64,000 nt of DNA from an uncultured Candidatus Saccharibacteria bacterium (GCA_964544225.1 CAZIZK010000001.1:271477-335476); one strand, 5' to 3'; shown: positions 1 through 10,156, numbered from the stretch's first letter. The notes: generated from the sequence alone by a model not told the origin. Translations and numbers: made by a program.

Positions 1-2
1 CT

Positions 3-152
3 GAATATCCAGATTTTATAAAAAGTATTAATTACAAAACAAAGGTATATTTCTCAGATTCTACTGTTTTGCCAGAAGAATTATTAAAATTAGAAAAATA
101 CCAAGCTTGTATGATTAAAAATAACAACAAATTTGTTGTATCATTAGATTAA
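3..152 (+). CDS. Partial CDS (C-terminal end), hypothetical protein
   Basis: Open frame EYPDFIKS...VVSLD* running from the window edge to TAA at 150-152; not in the ORF track. Confidence 0.55.
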   Translation, partial: EYPDFIKSINYKTKVYFSDSTVLPEELLKLEKYQACMIKNNNKFVVSLD

Positions 153-187
153 TATGGGAAACTTAGGATAAATAATATAATAAATAT

Positions 188-1036
188 ATGGAATTTAAAA
201 ACAATTTTAGTCAAATCAAAAAAGCAGTAGAAAATAACAAAATGGAGACAGAAGATAATTCTCTTAAAAAAGATGATAATTGGCCACAATATGATTCACC
301 CCTATATGAATTTGGGGGAACTTTTGTTAAATCAATCCCTGCTGAGTACACAAACCACTTAGATAAAAAAATCTACGCAACCGTAGAAGAAACAGGAGAG
401 CCCTTTAAGCAATATATAGAGGCTACTCTTTCCAAAAGTAAAAATAAAGAGCTTTATGCCGTGGAGTTTGGAGGGTCTGGATCAAGATTGTTCCATGAAT
501 TTTCAAAGGGGTTTTTTGAAAGGACTGTTGGGGTATGTTTGGGAGATGAAAGATATACAGAAGAAAAGTTTAATGATGCAAAGAAAGGTCACGATGTAGT
601 AGAAGGTGATGTGCTTACTGTAAATGGGAATCCTATATATAAAGATATTGAAAACCGATTAGGTACTTCAAAAGTAGATTTAATTATTTCAAGAATGCAG
701 GGCCCTTTGTACTTTCTAGATAAAAATCCGGCAATCATGAATGCTTTGGTGAAGAAGTGGTACAGCATGCTAAACGAAAATGGTATTCTTTTTGCACAGT
801 TTGAATACATGAAAGAGCACAACCCAAATATGGAGCAAAAATATCAGTCAATAATTGAACCGGAAAATATTCGAGATTCTGAAATTCACGCCCAATACTG
901 GGTAGATGAAATAAAAAAGAGATACAATGGTTTAGTTGATGTTCAATTAGGAAGAGGGACTTTACGTCTACATAAAAATTTTGGTGCCCCTGAGGAAATA
1001 GAAAATATGCCAGACATGTTTGAGAAGAATAAATAA
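188..1036 (+). CDS. Hypothetical protein, probable class I SAM-dependent methyltransferase fold
   Basis: AVEFGGSGS resembles motif I; VEGDV, DLIIS and LNENGIL resemble later Rossmann MTase motifs. Confidence 0.55.
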   Translation: MEFKNNFSQIKKAVENNKMETEDNSLKKDDNWPQYDSPLYEFGGTFVKSIPAEYTNHLDKKIYATVEETGEPFKQYIEATLSKSKNKELYAVEFGGSGSRLFHEFSKGFFERTVGVCLGDERYTEEKFNDAKKGHDVVEGDVLTVNGNPIYKDIENRLGTSKVDLIISRMQGPLYFLDKNPAIMNALVKKWYSMLNENGILFAQFEYMKEHNPNMEQKYQSIIEPENIRDSEIHAQYWVDEIKKRYNGLVDVQLGRGTLRLHKNFGAPEEIENMPDMFEKNK

Positions 1037-1037
1037 T

Positions 1038-2753
1038 ATGAACCCTGAAACACGAAACTGCCAGAATTGTAAAACTCCTTTCACTATAGATGGGGATGAT
1101 TTTTCTTTCTATGACAAGATAAAGGTTCCACCACCGACATTCTGCCCCGAGTGCAGGATGGTCAGGCGCCTAATGTGGCGCAATGCTCGTTCGCTCAACA
1201 GGCGCGAATGCGGTATGTGCAACAAGGTGTTAATCAGTATGTACAAGGACGACGGTGTTCCTGTGTACTGTGCAAATTGCTGGAATGGGGGAGGCTGGGA
1301 GCCTATGAGTTATGGGTTCGACTACGATTTTTCCCAGAACTTTTTTATACAACTAAAGGACCTATTCTATAAGGTACCCCGATTTTATTCATATCAATTT
1401 GGCAATTTGGTCAATTCTGAGTATGCGAATTTCTCAAAAGACAATAAGAACGTGTACCTATCCTTTTCAGTTACAGAATGCGAGGATGTAATGTATGTAG
1501 ATACAGTCGATAAATCAAAGAATTCTATCGATGATCTTGCCTGTCAGCGCCTCGATGGATGTTCATGGAATATAAACTGTGAAGGGAACTATAATACTCA
1601 TTATGCTGTTGAATCTCAGAACAATATTGATTCATATTTCATATACGATTGTACCAACTGTTCTAACTGCTACATGTCTTCAAACTTACGTAATCAACAA
1701 TATTATTTTAAGAATCAGAAGTTATCCAGAGAGGATTATTTAGAAGCAATAAAGAGTGTCACCCTTGATACATTTACTGGGATAGAAAATTCAAAGACTG
1801 AATTCAAAGACATGATACAGAATCAGGCAATACACAAATACGCTTTTATTTATTCTGCAGAGAGTGTAAATGGGGATTATATTCACCACGCAAAGAATTT
1901 GAAACATTGTTTTGATTGTAATCAAGCCGAGAACCTTGCTTATAGTGTTCGAGGAATAGAAATAAAAGATTCATACGATATTTCTGGAACAGGTTTTAGT
2001 GCGGAATTAATCTATGAAGCAATGGCGGCGACTGGCAATACGAACTCGTGCTACTTTGCTTATTTGAATTTGTTGGGTTGTCGATCATGTCAGTATTCAT
2101 TGATTTTGAAAAATTGTGCAGATTGTTTTGCTTGTGTTGGCTTAACCAATGCACAGTACTGTATATTTAATAAACAATATACAAAAGAGGAATATTTTGA
2201 AATGGTAGAGAAGATAAAACAACACATGGATGAAATGCCATATGTGGATGAAAAGGGTAGAGTGTTTAAGTATGGTGAATTTTTCCCTTATGACATGTCA
2301 CCATTTGCATACAATGAAGCACAAGTTTTCGAGCTCTTTCCTATTTCAAAAGAGCAAGTAATTGCGAGTGGGTTCAACTGGCGCGATAGGGATGCTCGTG
2401 ATTACAACACGACAATGAATGCAAATGAAATACCAGAAAGTATAAATGATATTAGTGACAATATTACAAGTGAAGTGATAGCTTGCCCTTCAAATGGTAA
2501 CCAAATGACTCAATGCACAACCGCATATAGGATCATGCCAGATGAATTTATCTTTTATAAAAACAAAGGGTTACCTATACCCCGATATTGTCCAAACTGT
2601 AGGCATTATGAACGCCTATGTTACCGCAACACCATGAGGCTTTACCATAGGGAGTGTACGAATGGTTGTGGTAACACTTTCGACACAACTTTCGATCCAG
2701 GAAGGCCCGAGAAGGTGTATTGCGAGAGGTGTTATCAGCAAGAAGTACTGTAG
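1038..2753 (+). CDS. Cys-rich CPR-type hypothetical protein with N- and C-terminal zinc ribbons and a central repetitive region
   Basis: Multiple CxxC pairs (CQNC, CPEC, CGMC, CANC; CPNC, CTNGC, CERC) flanking short Cys/Ser/Asn repeats; ATG at 1038 just after the upstream stop. Confidence 0.8.
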   Translation: MNPETRNCQNCKTPFTIDGDDFSFYDKIKVPPPTFCPECRMVRRLMWRNARSLNRRECGMCNKVLISMYKDDGVPVYCANCWNGGGWEPMSYGFDYDFSQNFFIQLKDLFYKVPRFYSYQFGNLVNSEYANFSKDNKNVYLSFSVTECEDVMYVDTVDKSKNSIDDLACQRLDGCSWNINCEGNYNTHYAVESQNNIDSYFIYDCTNCSNCYMSSNLRNQQYYFKNQKLSREDYLEAIKSVTLDTFTGIENSKTEFKDMIQNQAIHKYAFIYSAESVNGDYIHHAKNLKHCFDCNQAENLAYSVRGIEIKDSYDISGTGFSAELIYEAMAATGNTNSCYFAYLNLLGCRSCQYSLILKNCADCFACVGLTNAQYCIFNKQYTKEEYFEMVEKIKQHMDEMPYVDEKGRVFKYGEFFPYDMSPFAYNEAQVFELFPISKEQVIASGFNWRDRDARDYNTTMNANEIPESINDISDNITSEVIACPSNGNQMTQCTTAYRIMPDEFIFYKNKGLPIPRYCPNCRHYERLCYRNTMRLYHRECTNGCGNTFDTTFDPGRPEKVYCERCYQQEVL

Positions 2754-2762
2754 TTTGTAGTT

Positions 2763-2805
2763 ATCCCCACCAAAAAATGTTAATTTTTTGGTGGGGATTT
2801 TTCTT
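2763..2805 (+). terminator. Intrinsic terminator hairpin
   Basis: ATCCCCACCAAAAAAT/ATTTTTTGGTGGGGAT inverted repeat followed by a T-run. Confidence 0.7.
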
Positions 2806-3006
2806 TATTTTTGGTATTCGAAAATACGCGAGTAGGCAAGGTTTTTTTCAGGAAATTTTATAAAAATATTGACGATTTTAGCGAGACTTTTCATAGTGTT
2901 GTGTTTATGGTTTGTACACTTGCTGGGGGTTCGTGCTCGGGGGTATAATGTACTCCCGAGAAAAAGATTTTCACCTATTTATTATTAGCTTTAGTCACAA
3001 ATTGTC

Positions 3007-5682
3007 ATGAGTATAACAATCGCAAAACGCAACGGTTCACGCGAGGCATTTAATGCCGACCGTATTAACAAATCTATCGAAAAGGCCTGCTTTGGCCTTA
3101 CAGATCCTGTATCAAAGGTGACTCAGATCGCCTCTGAGACTCGTCTTACACTGTATGACGGCATTACGACTGACGAGATGGATCAAGCTACCATCAATGC
3201 GGCCCTACAAAACGCTCAAGAGGATTTGGAATTCGACAAGATTGCGACACGATTGTTCCTAAAGACAATATACAAGCAGGTACTAGGTGACTTCGATACT
3301 AAAGAAGAGCTTGCAACAATGCATAAAGGACACTTCAAGCACTATATCCGCCTGGGGGTAGAGCTTGGCCTTTTGGACAAGCGCTTGGACTCACTCTTTG
3401 ACCTTGATGACCTAGGCCGTCACCTAAAGGTAGAACGCGATGAACTGTATAAATACTCTGGTGTGTCTACTATGCGTGACCGTTATCTTATAAAGGACAA
3501 GGAACAGAAGCCACTAGAAACTCCACAATACTTCTGGATGCGTGTGGCCATGGGTATGTCATTAAAGGAAAAGAACCCGACAGAATGGGCTATGAAGTTC
3601 TACGACAAGATGTCACGTCTCGAATACCTATCAGCTGGCTCTACCAATATCGGTGCGGGTACTACACGCCCATCACTTTCTAACTGTTACCTAATGCAGA
3701 TCGAAGACGATATGGCCCACATAGGTAAGACTGTGTCAGATGTATTGATGCTATCAAAGGCTACAGGGGGTATCGGTCTATCAGTTACAAAGCTTCGCGC
3801 AAATGGCTCAGTACTAAAGTCTAACAACACTGTGTCTTCAGGCCCAGTACCATTTATGCATATTATCGACTCTGCTGTGCGTGCTGTTCAGCGCGGTGGC
3901 AAGAAGAAGGGGGCACTATGCTTCTATATGGAGAACTGGCACTTAGACTTCCAAGACTTTATAGACCTGAAGCAGAACGCAGGTGACGACTATCGCCGTA
4001 CTCGTACAGCCAATACTGCTGTATACATATCTGACGAATTCATGATGCGTGTAAAGGAGGACAAGGATTGGTACCTATTCGACCCAAATGAAGTTCCAGA
4101 CTTGGTGGAGCTATACGGCCAAGCCTTTTCAAAGCGTTACAACGAATACTGCGATATGGCTGAAAAGGGTGAACTAAAGATGTGGAAGAAGCTACCAGCT
4201 CGCCAACAATACAAGAACATCCTCGTATCACTTCAGACAACATCACACCCATGGCTAACATGGAAGGACACTATCAATGTACGTGCACTGAACAACAATA
4301 CTGGTACTATCCACGCATCGAACCTATGTACTGAAGTGACACTTCCTCAGAACAAGGAAAATATTGCTGTATGTAACTTGGTATCTATTAACTTACCTCA
4401 ACACGTAGTAGGCAAGCAGATCGATTGGGCAAGGCTCGAGGATTCAGCACGTCTTGCTGTGCGCCAGCTCGATAACCTGATCGATGTGAACAAGTTGCCA
4501 ATAGCTGAAGCTATAAAGGCTGACACAGAGAACCGCGCAATAGGGTTGGGCCTCATGGGACTGTCAGATACATTTGAACGCATGGGTTACTCATACGAAG
4601 ATACAGAAGCTCATGACCTAACTGACAAAGTTTTCGAATTTATTTCATACATGGCAATAGACGAGAGTGCAAAGCTCGCATCTGAACGTGGGGCATACAA
4701 GAACTTCCAAGGTTCTGGCTGGTCAAAGGGTATGGTACCTATCGACACATTGAAAATGCTCGAGGAGGGCAGATCCGAGAAGTTGTCAGTAGTTACAGGT
4801 AGTGTAAAGATGATCCCCGAGCTTGATTGGGAGGAGCTTCGCAAGAAGGTTCGCAAAGGTGTTCGCAATGCCACAGTTATGGCTATCGCGCCAAATGCTA
4901 ACATTGGTTTGGTTGCTGGTACTTCCCCAGGTATAGACCCACGCTTTGCTCAGATGTTCTCTCGTAACAAGATCTCTGGTAAATACCTCGAAGTTAACCC
5001 AAACTTGGTTCACGATTTGAAAGCTCTTGGCTTATGGGAGAGTAACAGGGAAGAGCTGCTAATGAGTCACGGCAGTCTCGAGCATATGGACAATATTCCA
5101 GAAAATATAAAGAAGATTTACAAGACATCATTTATAACTTCACCATATGCATTTATCGAAGTTGCCGCTCGTGCACAGAAGTGGGTGGATCAGGCAATAT
5201 CTCGTAACATGTATCTAGACGTGCAGAATGTGAACCAGGTTATCGACATATATAGCAATGCTTGGGAGAAGGGCCTAAAGACCACATACTACCTACATGT
5301 AAAGCCAAAGCACACAGCTGAACAGTCAACCACAAAGGTAAACAAGGGGCAAGCGATGGGCAAGATCGGTTTCGCCGCTATATTCAACAAACAGCCAGCA
5401 GTTACTGCAACAGTTGCAACGCCAGAGCCTGAGGTAAAGAAAGTAGAGCAAGTTGTCCTACCCGACCAGAAGCCCGAAGTAGTGGTAGTAGATGAAGTTG
5501 TAGAAGAAGTTGTAATAAAAAAAGAAGAGCCACAAACAGTTGCACAGACTACAACATCGCCAGTTGCAAGCCCGGTCAGTGCACAGCCAGCAGAAGTTGC
5601 GAAGCGTAGAATGCAAGAAGAATTAGTTATCCACGGGCCAGTCGATCCAATGGATGCACTATTGTGTGAAGGGTGCCAATAA
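3007..5682 (+). CDS. nrdA: Class I ribonucleotide reductase alpha subunit with N-terminal ATP cone
   Basis: IAKRNG ATP cone, LSNCY, SNLCTEV catalytic loop, AIAPNA, KTTYY, C-terminal CEGCQ. Confidence 0.96.
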   Translation: MSITIAKRNGSREAFNADRINKSIEKACFGLTDPVSKVTQIASETRLTLYDGITTDEMDQATINAALQNAQEDLEFDKIATRLFLKTIYKQVLGDFDTKEELATMHKGHFKHYIRLGVELGLLDKRLDSLFDLDDLGRHLKVERDELYKYSGVSTMRDRYLIKDKEQKPLETPQYFWMRVAMGMSLKEKNPTEWAMKFYDKMSRLEYLSAGSTNIGAGTTRPSLSNCYLMQIEDDMAHIGKTVSDVLMLSKATGGIGLSVTKLRANGSVLKSNNTVSSGPVPFMHIIDSAVRAVQRGGKKKGALCFYMENWHLDFQDFIDLKQNAGDDYRRTRTANTAVYISDEFMMRVKEDKDWYLFDPNEVPDLVELYGQAFSKRYNEYCDMAEKGELKMWKKLPARQQYKNILVSLQTTSHPWLTWKDTINVRALNNNTGTIHASNLCTEVTLPQNKENIAVCNLVSINLPQHVVGKQIDWARLEDSARLAVRQLDNLIDVNKLPIAEAIKADTENRAIGLGLMGLSDTFERMGYSYEDTEAHDLTDKVFEFISYMAIDESAKLASERGAYKNFQGSGWSKGMVPIDTLKMLEEGRSEKLSVVTGSVKMIPELDWEELRKKVRKGVRNATVMAIAPNANIGLVAGTSPGIDPRFAQMFSRNKISGKYLEVNPNLVHDLKALGLWESNREELLMSHGSLEHMDNIPENIKKIYKTSFITSPYAFIEVAARAQKWVDQAISRNMYLDVQNVNQVIDIYSNAWEKGLKTTYYLHVKPKHTAEQSTTKVNKGQAMGKIGFAAIFNKQPAVTATVATPEPEVKKVEQVVLPDQKPEVVVVDEVVEEVVIKKEEPQTVAQTTTSPVASPVSAQPAEVAKRRMQEELVIHGPVDPMDALLCEGCQ

Positions 5683-5683
5683 A

Positions 5684-5718
5684 AATTACGAATTATTAAT
5701 TTAAAATTACGAATTACA
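5684..5718 (+). repeat. Five tandem degenerate heptamers (AATTACG consensus) filling the nrdA-nrdB spacer
   Basis: aattacg aattatt aatttaa aattacg aattaca. Confidence 0.7.
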
Positions 5719-5720
5719 AT

Positions 5721-6722
5721 ATGTTAGTAGGAAAACCAGAACCAAAAGATACATCACTTCACCCAATGAAGTACAAGTGGGCTTATGAATTGTATAACCA
5801 AGCAGTGCGTAATACTTGGTTCCCACACGAGATCCCACTAGGTGAGGATATCAAGGATTGGAACGACATGACAGAGGACGAACGTCATGCTGTGAAGTTC
5901 CTTATGGCATTCTTCAACCCAGCCGAATTGATAGTGAACAGGTCACTTGCATTAGGTGTGTATCCATACCTAAAGTCTCCCGAGTGTCACCTATATATTG
6001 CAAAGCAGATGTGGGAAGAGGCGAACCACTGTGTAGCTTTTGAATACGTGCTCGAGACTTTCCCTATGGATCGTGAAGAGGTTTATAAAGTGCATACATC
6101 CACAGCCTCTATGGTTGCAAAGGAAGACTATATAAACAAATACCTAAAGCGTATGACCGAGGTAACTTTAAATGTGGAAACAGCCGAAGGTAAGAAGGAT
6201 TTCATCCGTAACCTAGTTGCTACCAATATAGTTATGGAGGGTATCTGGTTCTACTCTGGCTTTATGGTTATATTCTCATTCCGTCAACGTAACAAATTGC
6301 GCAACTTCGGTTCTATGCTCAACTGGGTTTTGCGTGACGAGTCACTACACTTGAAGTTCGGTATGAATCTAATACTCAATATCTTGGAAGAGAATCCAGA
6401 ATTATTAACTTCCGAGTTTGCCGAGGAAATCCGCCAGATCATTATCGAGGGTGTGGAGTTGGAGACTGCTTACAATAAAGATCTATTCCCAAATGGAATA
6501 CTTGGCCTGAATTCTGATTACGTGAACCAATACGTTCAGTACGTAGCAGACCGTCGTTTGGAAGAGATGGGTATGCCTGTACAATACAATGTATCTAACC
6601 CTGCAAAATGGATGGCTACATCTACTGATGTGTACGAATTGGTGAACTTCTTTGAGGCCCAGAACACAGCTTACGAGGTAGATGCCCACGGCCACTCTGA
6701 GGATAAAAAAGAGGATAAATAA
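5721..6722 (+). CDS. nrdB: Ribonucleotide reductase beta subunit, class Ic (R2c, Mn/Fe) type
   Basis: EEANH and DESLH ExxH motifs, EGIWFY; Glu at the first ligand position (PAELIV) and Phe at the radical-Tyr position (HCVAF). Confidence 0.93.
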   Translation: MLVGKPEPKDTSLHPMKYKWAYELYNQAVRNTWFPHEIPLGEDIKDWNDMTEDERHAVKFLMAFFNPAELIVNRSLALGVYPYLKSPECHLYIAKQMWEEANHCVAFEYVLETFPMDREEVYKVHTSTASMVAKEDYINKYLKRMTEVTLNVETAEGKKDFIRNLVATNIVMEGIWFYSGFMVIFSFRQRNKLRNFGSMLNWVLRDESLHLKFGMNLILNILEENPELLTSEFAEEIRQIIIEGVELETAYNKDLFPNGILGLNSDYVNQYVQYVADRRLEEMGMPVQYNVSNPAKWMATSTDVYELVNFFEAQNTAYEVDAHGHSEDKKEDK

Positions 6723-6742
6723 TATTAAATATCGTTACTACA

Positions 6743-6780
6743 CATAAATAAAACACCATGTATATGGTGTTTTATTTATG
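6743..6780. terminator. Intrinsic terminator after nrdB
   Basis: 17-bp inverted repeat CATAAATAAAACACCAT/ATGGTGTTTTATTTATG. Confidence 0.7.
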
Positions 6781-6795
6781 TGTTATAATGGGTAT

Positions 6796-7188
6796 ATGAA
6801 AAATAAAGCTACAAAATTTGTATTATTTATATTAATCCTTATTGCTTTGGTTATAGGTATGGGCATGTTGGCAAATAAGTCTGCTGGCCCTGGTAAATAT
6901 GATCAATTCGCTCAGTGTCTACGTGACTCAGGCACTAAATTCTTTGGCGCATTCTGGTGTCCACACTGCCAAGCTCAGAAGAAGGCTTTTGGCTCATCCG
7001 CAAAATTCCTAAACTATATTGAATGCTCTAACCCAGACAAGAGCCAGATTCAGGTGTGTATCGACAACAAGATCGAAGGATATCCGACTTGGGTATTCCC
7101 GGACCAATCACGCCTAACAGGGGAGGTGACTTTCGAAACTCTAGCCGAGAAGTCCCAATGTGTTTTACCAAAAGAAGAATCTAAATAA
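6796..7188 (+). CDS. Membrane-anchored thioredoxin-like protein
   Basis: N-terminal TM helix, WCPHC, GYPTW cis-Pro loop; ATG 6 nt after TGTTATAAT. Confidence 0.85.
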   Translation: MKNKATKFVLFILILIALVIGMGMLANKSAGPGKYDQFAQCLRDSGTKFFGAFWCPHCQAQKKAFGSSAKFLNYIECSNPDKSQIQVCIDNKIEGYPTWVFPDQSRLTGEVTFETLAEKSQCVLPKEESK

Positions 7189-7189
7189 T

Positions 7190-7747
7190 ATGCCAGCATA
7201 CGTAACAACATTTAACCAAACATTGGCTATAGGGACCATACTAATGCATGTATTCCTTGGACTACTATTGTTCTCATTTGCTTGGAACCCACGCCGTTCA
7301 AATAAATTCCTGATACTTATTGATAAGTATGCTATCGAAGCCTGCTTCTCGATTGCCTTTATCGCTATGATATCGAGCTTGTTCTACTCTGAAATAATAG
7401 GTTTCCCTCCGTGTGAATTGTGCTGGTTGCAACGAGTGCTTATCTACCCACAGGTAATATTGTTTGGTATTATGATGTGGCGCAGACGTATCGACAAGGA
7501 CCGTATCATGAAGGCAAGTGTGGTCTTGGCAGGGTTTGGAACACTCGTTTCTTTGTATCATATATATATTGAACACGGTGGATCATCACCACTACCATGT
7601 GTTATTCCGAACGAAACTACAGTGTCTTGCGCGACACGATATGTATATGAATTTGGTTATGTGAGCATGCCGGTGATGGCACTGACAACATCTCTTACCA
7701 TCCTGGTATTACTTGTGATACACAGGAGCATATCTCGCAGTCGTTAA
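7190..7747 (+). CDS. dsbB: Disulfide bond formation protein B (DsbB/BdbC family)
   Basis: PCELCWLQR motif, hydrophobic helices, second Cys pair. Confidence 0.88.
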   Translation: MPAYVTTFNQTLAIGTILMHVFLGLLLFSFAWNPRRSNKFLILIDKYAIEACFSIAFIAMISSLFYSEIIGFPPCELCWLQRVLIYPQVILFGIMMWRRRIDKDRIMKASVVLAGFGTLVSLYHIYIEHGGSSPLPCVIPNETTVSCATRYVYEFGYVSMPVMALTTSLTILVLLVIHRSISRSR

Positions 7748-7765
7748 TAGTTAATTTATATATTT

Positions 7766-8170
7766 ATGATAATAGATAAAGTTTCACCCGACAAGGCTGT
7801 CTTCGTATACACAACATGTGGTTCGAAAGACGAGGCCCGTTCTATAGGCCTTGCTTGTATCAACGAGCATCTGGCTGTTTGTGCCGACTTTTGGCCTATT
7901 GAATCTGTGTACCCATGGCAGGGCGTTATAGAAAATGTGGAACAGTATATGCTCGTACTCACTACTCAAGCCTCTTTAGCGGAAAAATTGGCTCCTTTTA
8001 TATTGTCATTACACTCTTACACCACACCTATGATATCGACTGTTGATATTTCTAAAATGAATTCGGACTATAGGTTCTGGGCGCAGAAAATTTTGAATGA
8101 AAAAGGCCCATACCCCGATTTTATACCACCTGCCATAGACCCAGACTATGAACCAGGAAGACTAAAATAG
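7766..8170 (+). CDS. cutA: Divalent-cation tolerance protein CutA
   Basis: VYTT..EAR.I, LAVC, SVYPWQG, LHSYTTP motifs. Confidence 0.85.
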   Translation: MIIDKVSPDKAVFVYTTCGSKDEARSIGLACINEHLAVCADFWPIESVYPWQGVIENVEQYMLVLTTQASLAEKLAPFILSLHSYTTPMISTVDISKMNSDYRFWAQKILNEKGPYPDFIPPAIDPDYEPGRLK

Positions 8171-8209
8171 CCTTAGACCTAAAAGCTTATTTCTGTTATA
8201 CTGGCCTAT

Positions 8210-8860
8210 ATGAGAAATATTCAAGATTTATATATAGAGTGTCAGGTAATGCCAAATATAGCTGTCCATATGTATAAAGTGGCCGCAGTGGCAGATATTA
8301 TCAATGACCACTTCAAACCCCTAATAGACAAGAAGACTATTATAGATGCATGCTTGCTACATGATATAGGCAAGATTGTAGATATAGATTTGAATAAATT
8401 TCCCGAGTTTGTGGAGCCAGAGGGGCTCGCACATTGGGAAAATGTAAAGAAATCTTTTATCGACAAGTATCATACAGTCAACGAGCACGATGCCACACTG
8501 GCTATAGCTACAGATTTGGGGGTGAATTTTGGAGTTCTTGAGATACTACATATTGCGTCATATCTTGAAACAATGACAGTAAAGGAGTCTAAGGAGCATG
8601 AGAAGATGATCGCACTATATGCCGACATGCGTGTGGGTGTGAATGGGGTTACAACATTGCAAGAAAGGCTCGATGATCTACATATAAGATACAAAACCCA
8701 CCCATCATCAATATCAGAAGAGAGGCGCGCCGTGATAGAGAATGCCTTGAAAGAAATAGAAGAAGAAATATTCAAGAACACCGACATCACTCCCGACTTC
8801 ATAACAGACGCACTCGTTACAGAACGTATACCAAAATTAAAAGAAATAAAAATAGGATAA
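8210..8860 (+). CDS. HD-domain phosphohydrolase
   Basis: H...V, LLHDIGK, EH, YAD motifs. Confidence 0.85.
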   Translation: MRNIQDLYIECQVMPNIAVHMYKVAAVADIINDHFKPLIDKKTIIDACLLHDIGKIVDIDLNKFPEFVEPEGLAHWENVKKSFIDKYHTVNEHDATLAIATDLGVNFGVLEILHIASYLETMTVKESKEHEKMIALYADMRVGVNGVTTLQERLDDLHIRYKTHPSSISEERRAVIENALKEIEEEIFKNTDITPDFITDALVTERIPKLKEIKIG

Positions 8861-8863
8861 TAT

Positions 8864-10150
8864 ATGGATAAAATCAAAAATATTTTAGAACAAACAAAGA
8901 GCAAGGCCAAAACTTGGTCAATCCGTAGAAAAGTTTTCTACGGATTTCTACTGGTAATAGCGATACTTTTATTAATAAAGGTTTTTGGTGGTAGCACGAG
9001 CCAGACGTATGTTTTCGATAGTGTTGTCCGTACTGATTTGTTGCAGAGCGTGAAGGCAACAGGCAGGGTAACTTCAAAGACTGACTTGTCACTGTCATTT
9101 AATTCATCGGGTGTGGTGAAGTCTGTTCGAGTTGAGGTAGGGAGCAAGGTATATCAGGGCCAAATACTTGCAACTCTCGACCAAGGAGCAGAGTCTGCTG
9201 ACGTAACTGTAGCTCGTGGCGCACTTGCTTCCGCCCAGGCAAAGTACAACAAGACTATTAGTGCTTATACAAATGAAGACATAGCTCTTACTCGAGTATT
9301 GTTAGACAATGCAAAGAAGGCTTATGACACAACTGTAGCTGAGCAGAACTCAATTGTAGAAAAATATTTTAATGAATTTTGGAAACAAAACGTAGACAAA
9401 CGTTATGTAGGTGCATACGATGAAGTAAGTAATGCTGAAAAGGCTCGTGATTCTGCTGTAGCCTCTGCTCAGGCATTGGTTGACCAACGCCAGGCTGAGC
9501 TCAATGTAAAGCTGGCATCTGCCAATAGTGCCGACGTTGCACTTGCAAATGCCGAGATAACTCAAGCCCAAGGCAAGCTAGAAGCAGCCCTTGCAAAGCT
9601 CGAGGACACAATCATCCGTGCTCCTGCAAACGGTACTATAACCAAAGTTGATACAAAGATCGGTGAATTATCACAAGTAAATACAGAAGTGATAGTCCTA
9701 CAAGATATATCTAATTTGTATATTGAGTCCGATATTAACGAAGCCAATATTGCCAATGTAAAGTTGGACCAAGTTGCAAAGTTTAGCTTCGACGCAATGC
9801 CAGGCAAAGATTTTATAGGTAAAGTGGTGCATATTGACCCATCTGCTACAACATCAGACGGTGTAGTGAACTACAAGATCAAGTCATCTATCCCAAAAAG
9901 TGATGTCGACATCCGTGTCGGTATGAATGCCAATGTAGTCGTGATAGGCGGGGAGAAGCCGGGGGTACTAGCCCTACCAAAACAAGCTGTAAATGTTGTT
10001 GATGGTAAGAGTATGGTAAAGAAAGTTCTAAATGAAAAGAAGAAAACATTTCAGGATACAGAGGTGGTTACAGGCTTTCTGGGTGATGGTAACTTGATCG
10101 AGATAGTGAGTGGTCTGAATGAAGGTGACCGCATCACTTATACAAAATAA
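8864..10150 (+). CDS. Efflux membrane-fusion (periplasmic adaptor, MacA/HlyD-like) protein
   Basis: N-terminal TM, lipoyl half-motifs (GVVKSVRVEVG, IRAPANG), long coiled coil. Confidence 0.88.
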   Translation: MDKIKNILEQTKSKAKTWSIRRKVFYGFLLVIAILLLIKVFGGSTSQTYVFDSVVRTDLLQSVKATGRVTSKTDLSLSFNSSGVVKSVRVEVGSKVYQGQILATLDQGAESADVTVARGALASAQAKYNKTISAYTNEDIALTRVLLDNAKKAYDTTVAEQNSIVEKYFNEFWKQNVDKRYVGAYDEVSNAEKARDSAVASAQALVDQRQAELNVKLASANSADVALANAEITQAQGKLEAALAKLEDTIIRAPANGTITKVDTKIGELSQVNTEVIVLQDISNLYIESDINEANIANVKLDQVAKFSFDAMPGKDFIGKVVHIDPSATTSDGVVNYKIKSSIPKSDVDIRVGMNANVVVIGGEKPGVLALPKQAVNVVDGKSMVKKVLNEKKKTFQDTEVVTGFLGDGNLIEIVSGLNEGDRITYTK

Positions 10151-10156
10151 TTTATT

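Noticed and set aside
2880-2950. Possible NrdR boxes upstream of nrdA
   Set aside because: Only a poor partial match (CATAGTGTTGTG) and no tandem pair.
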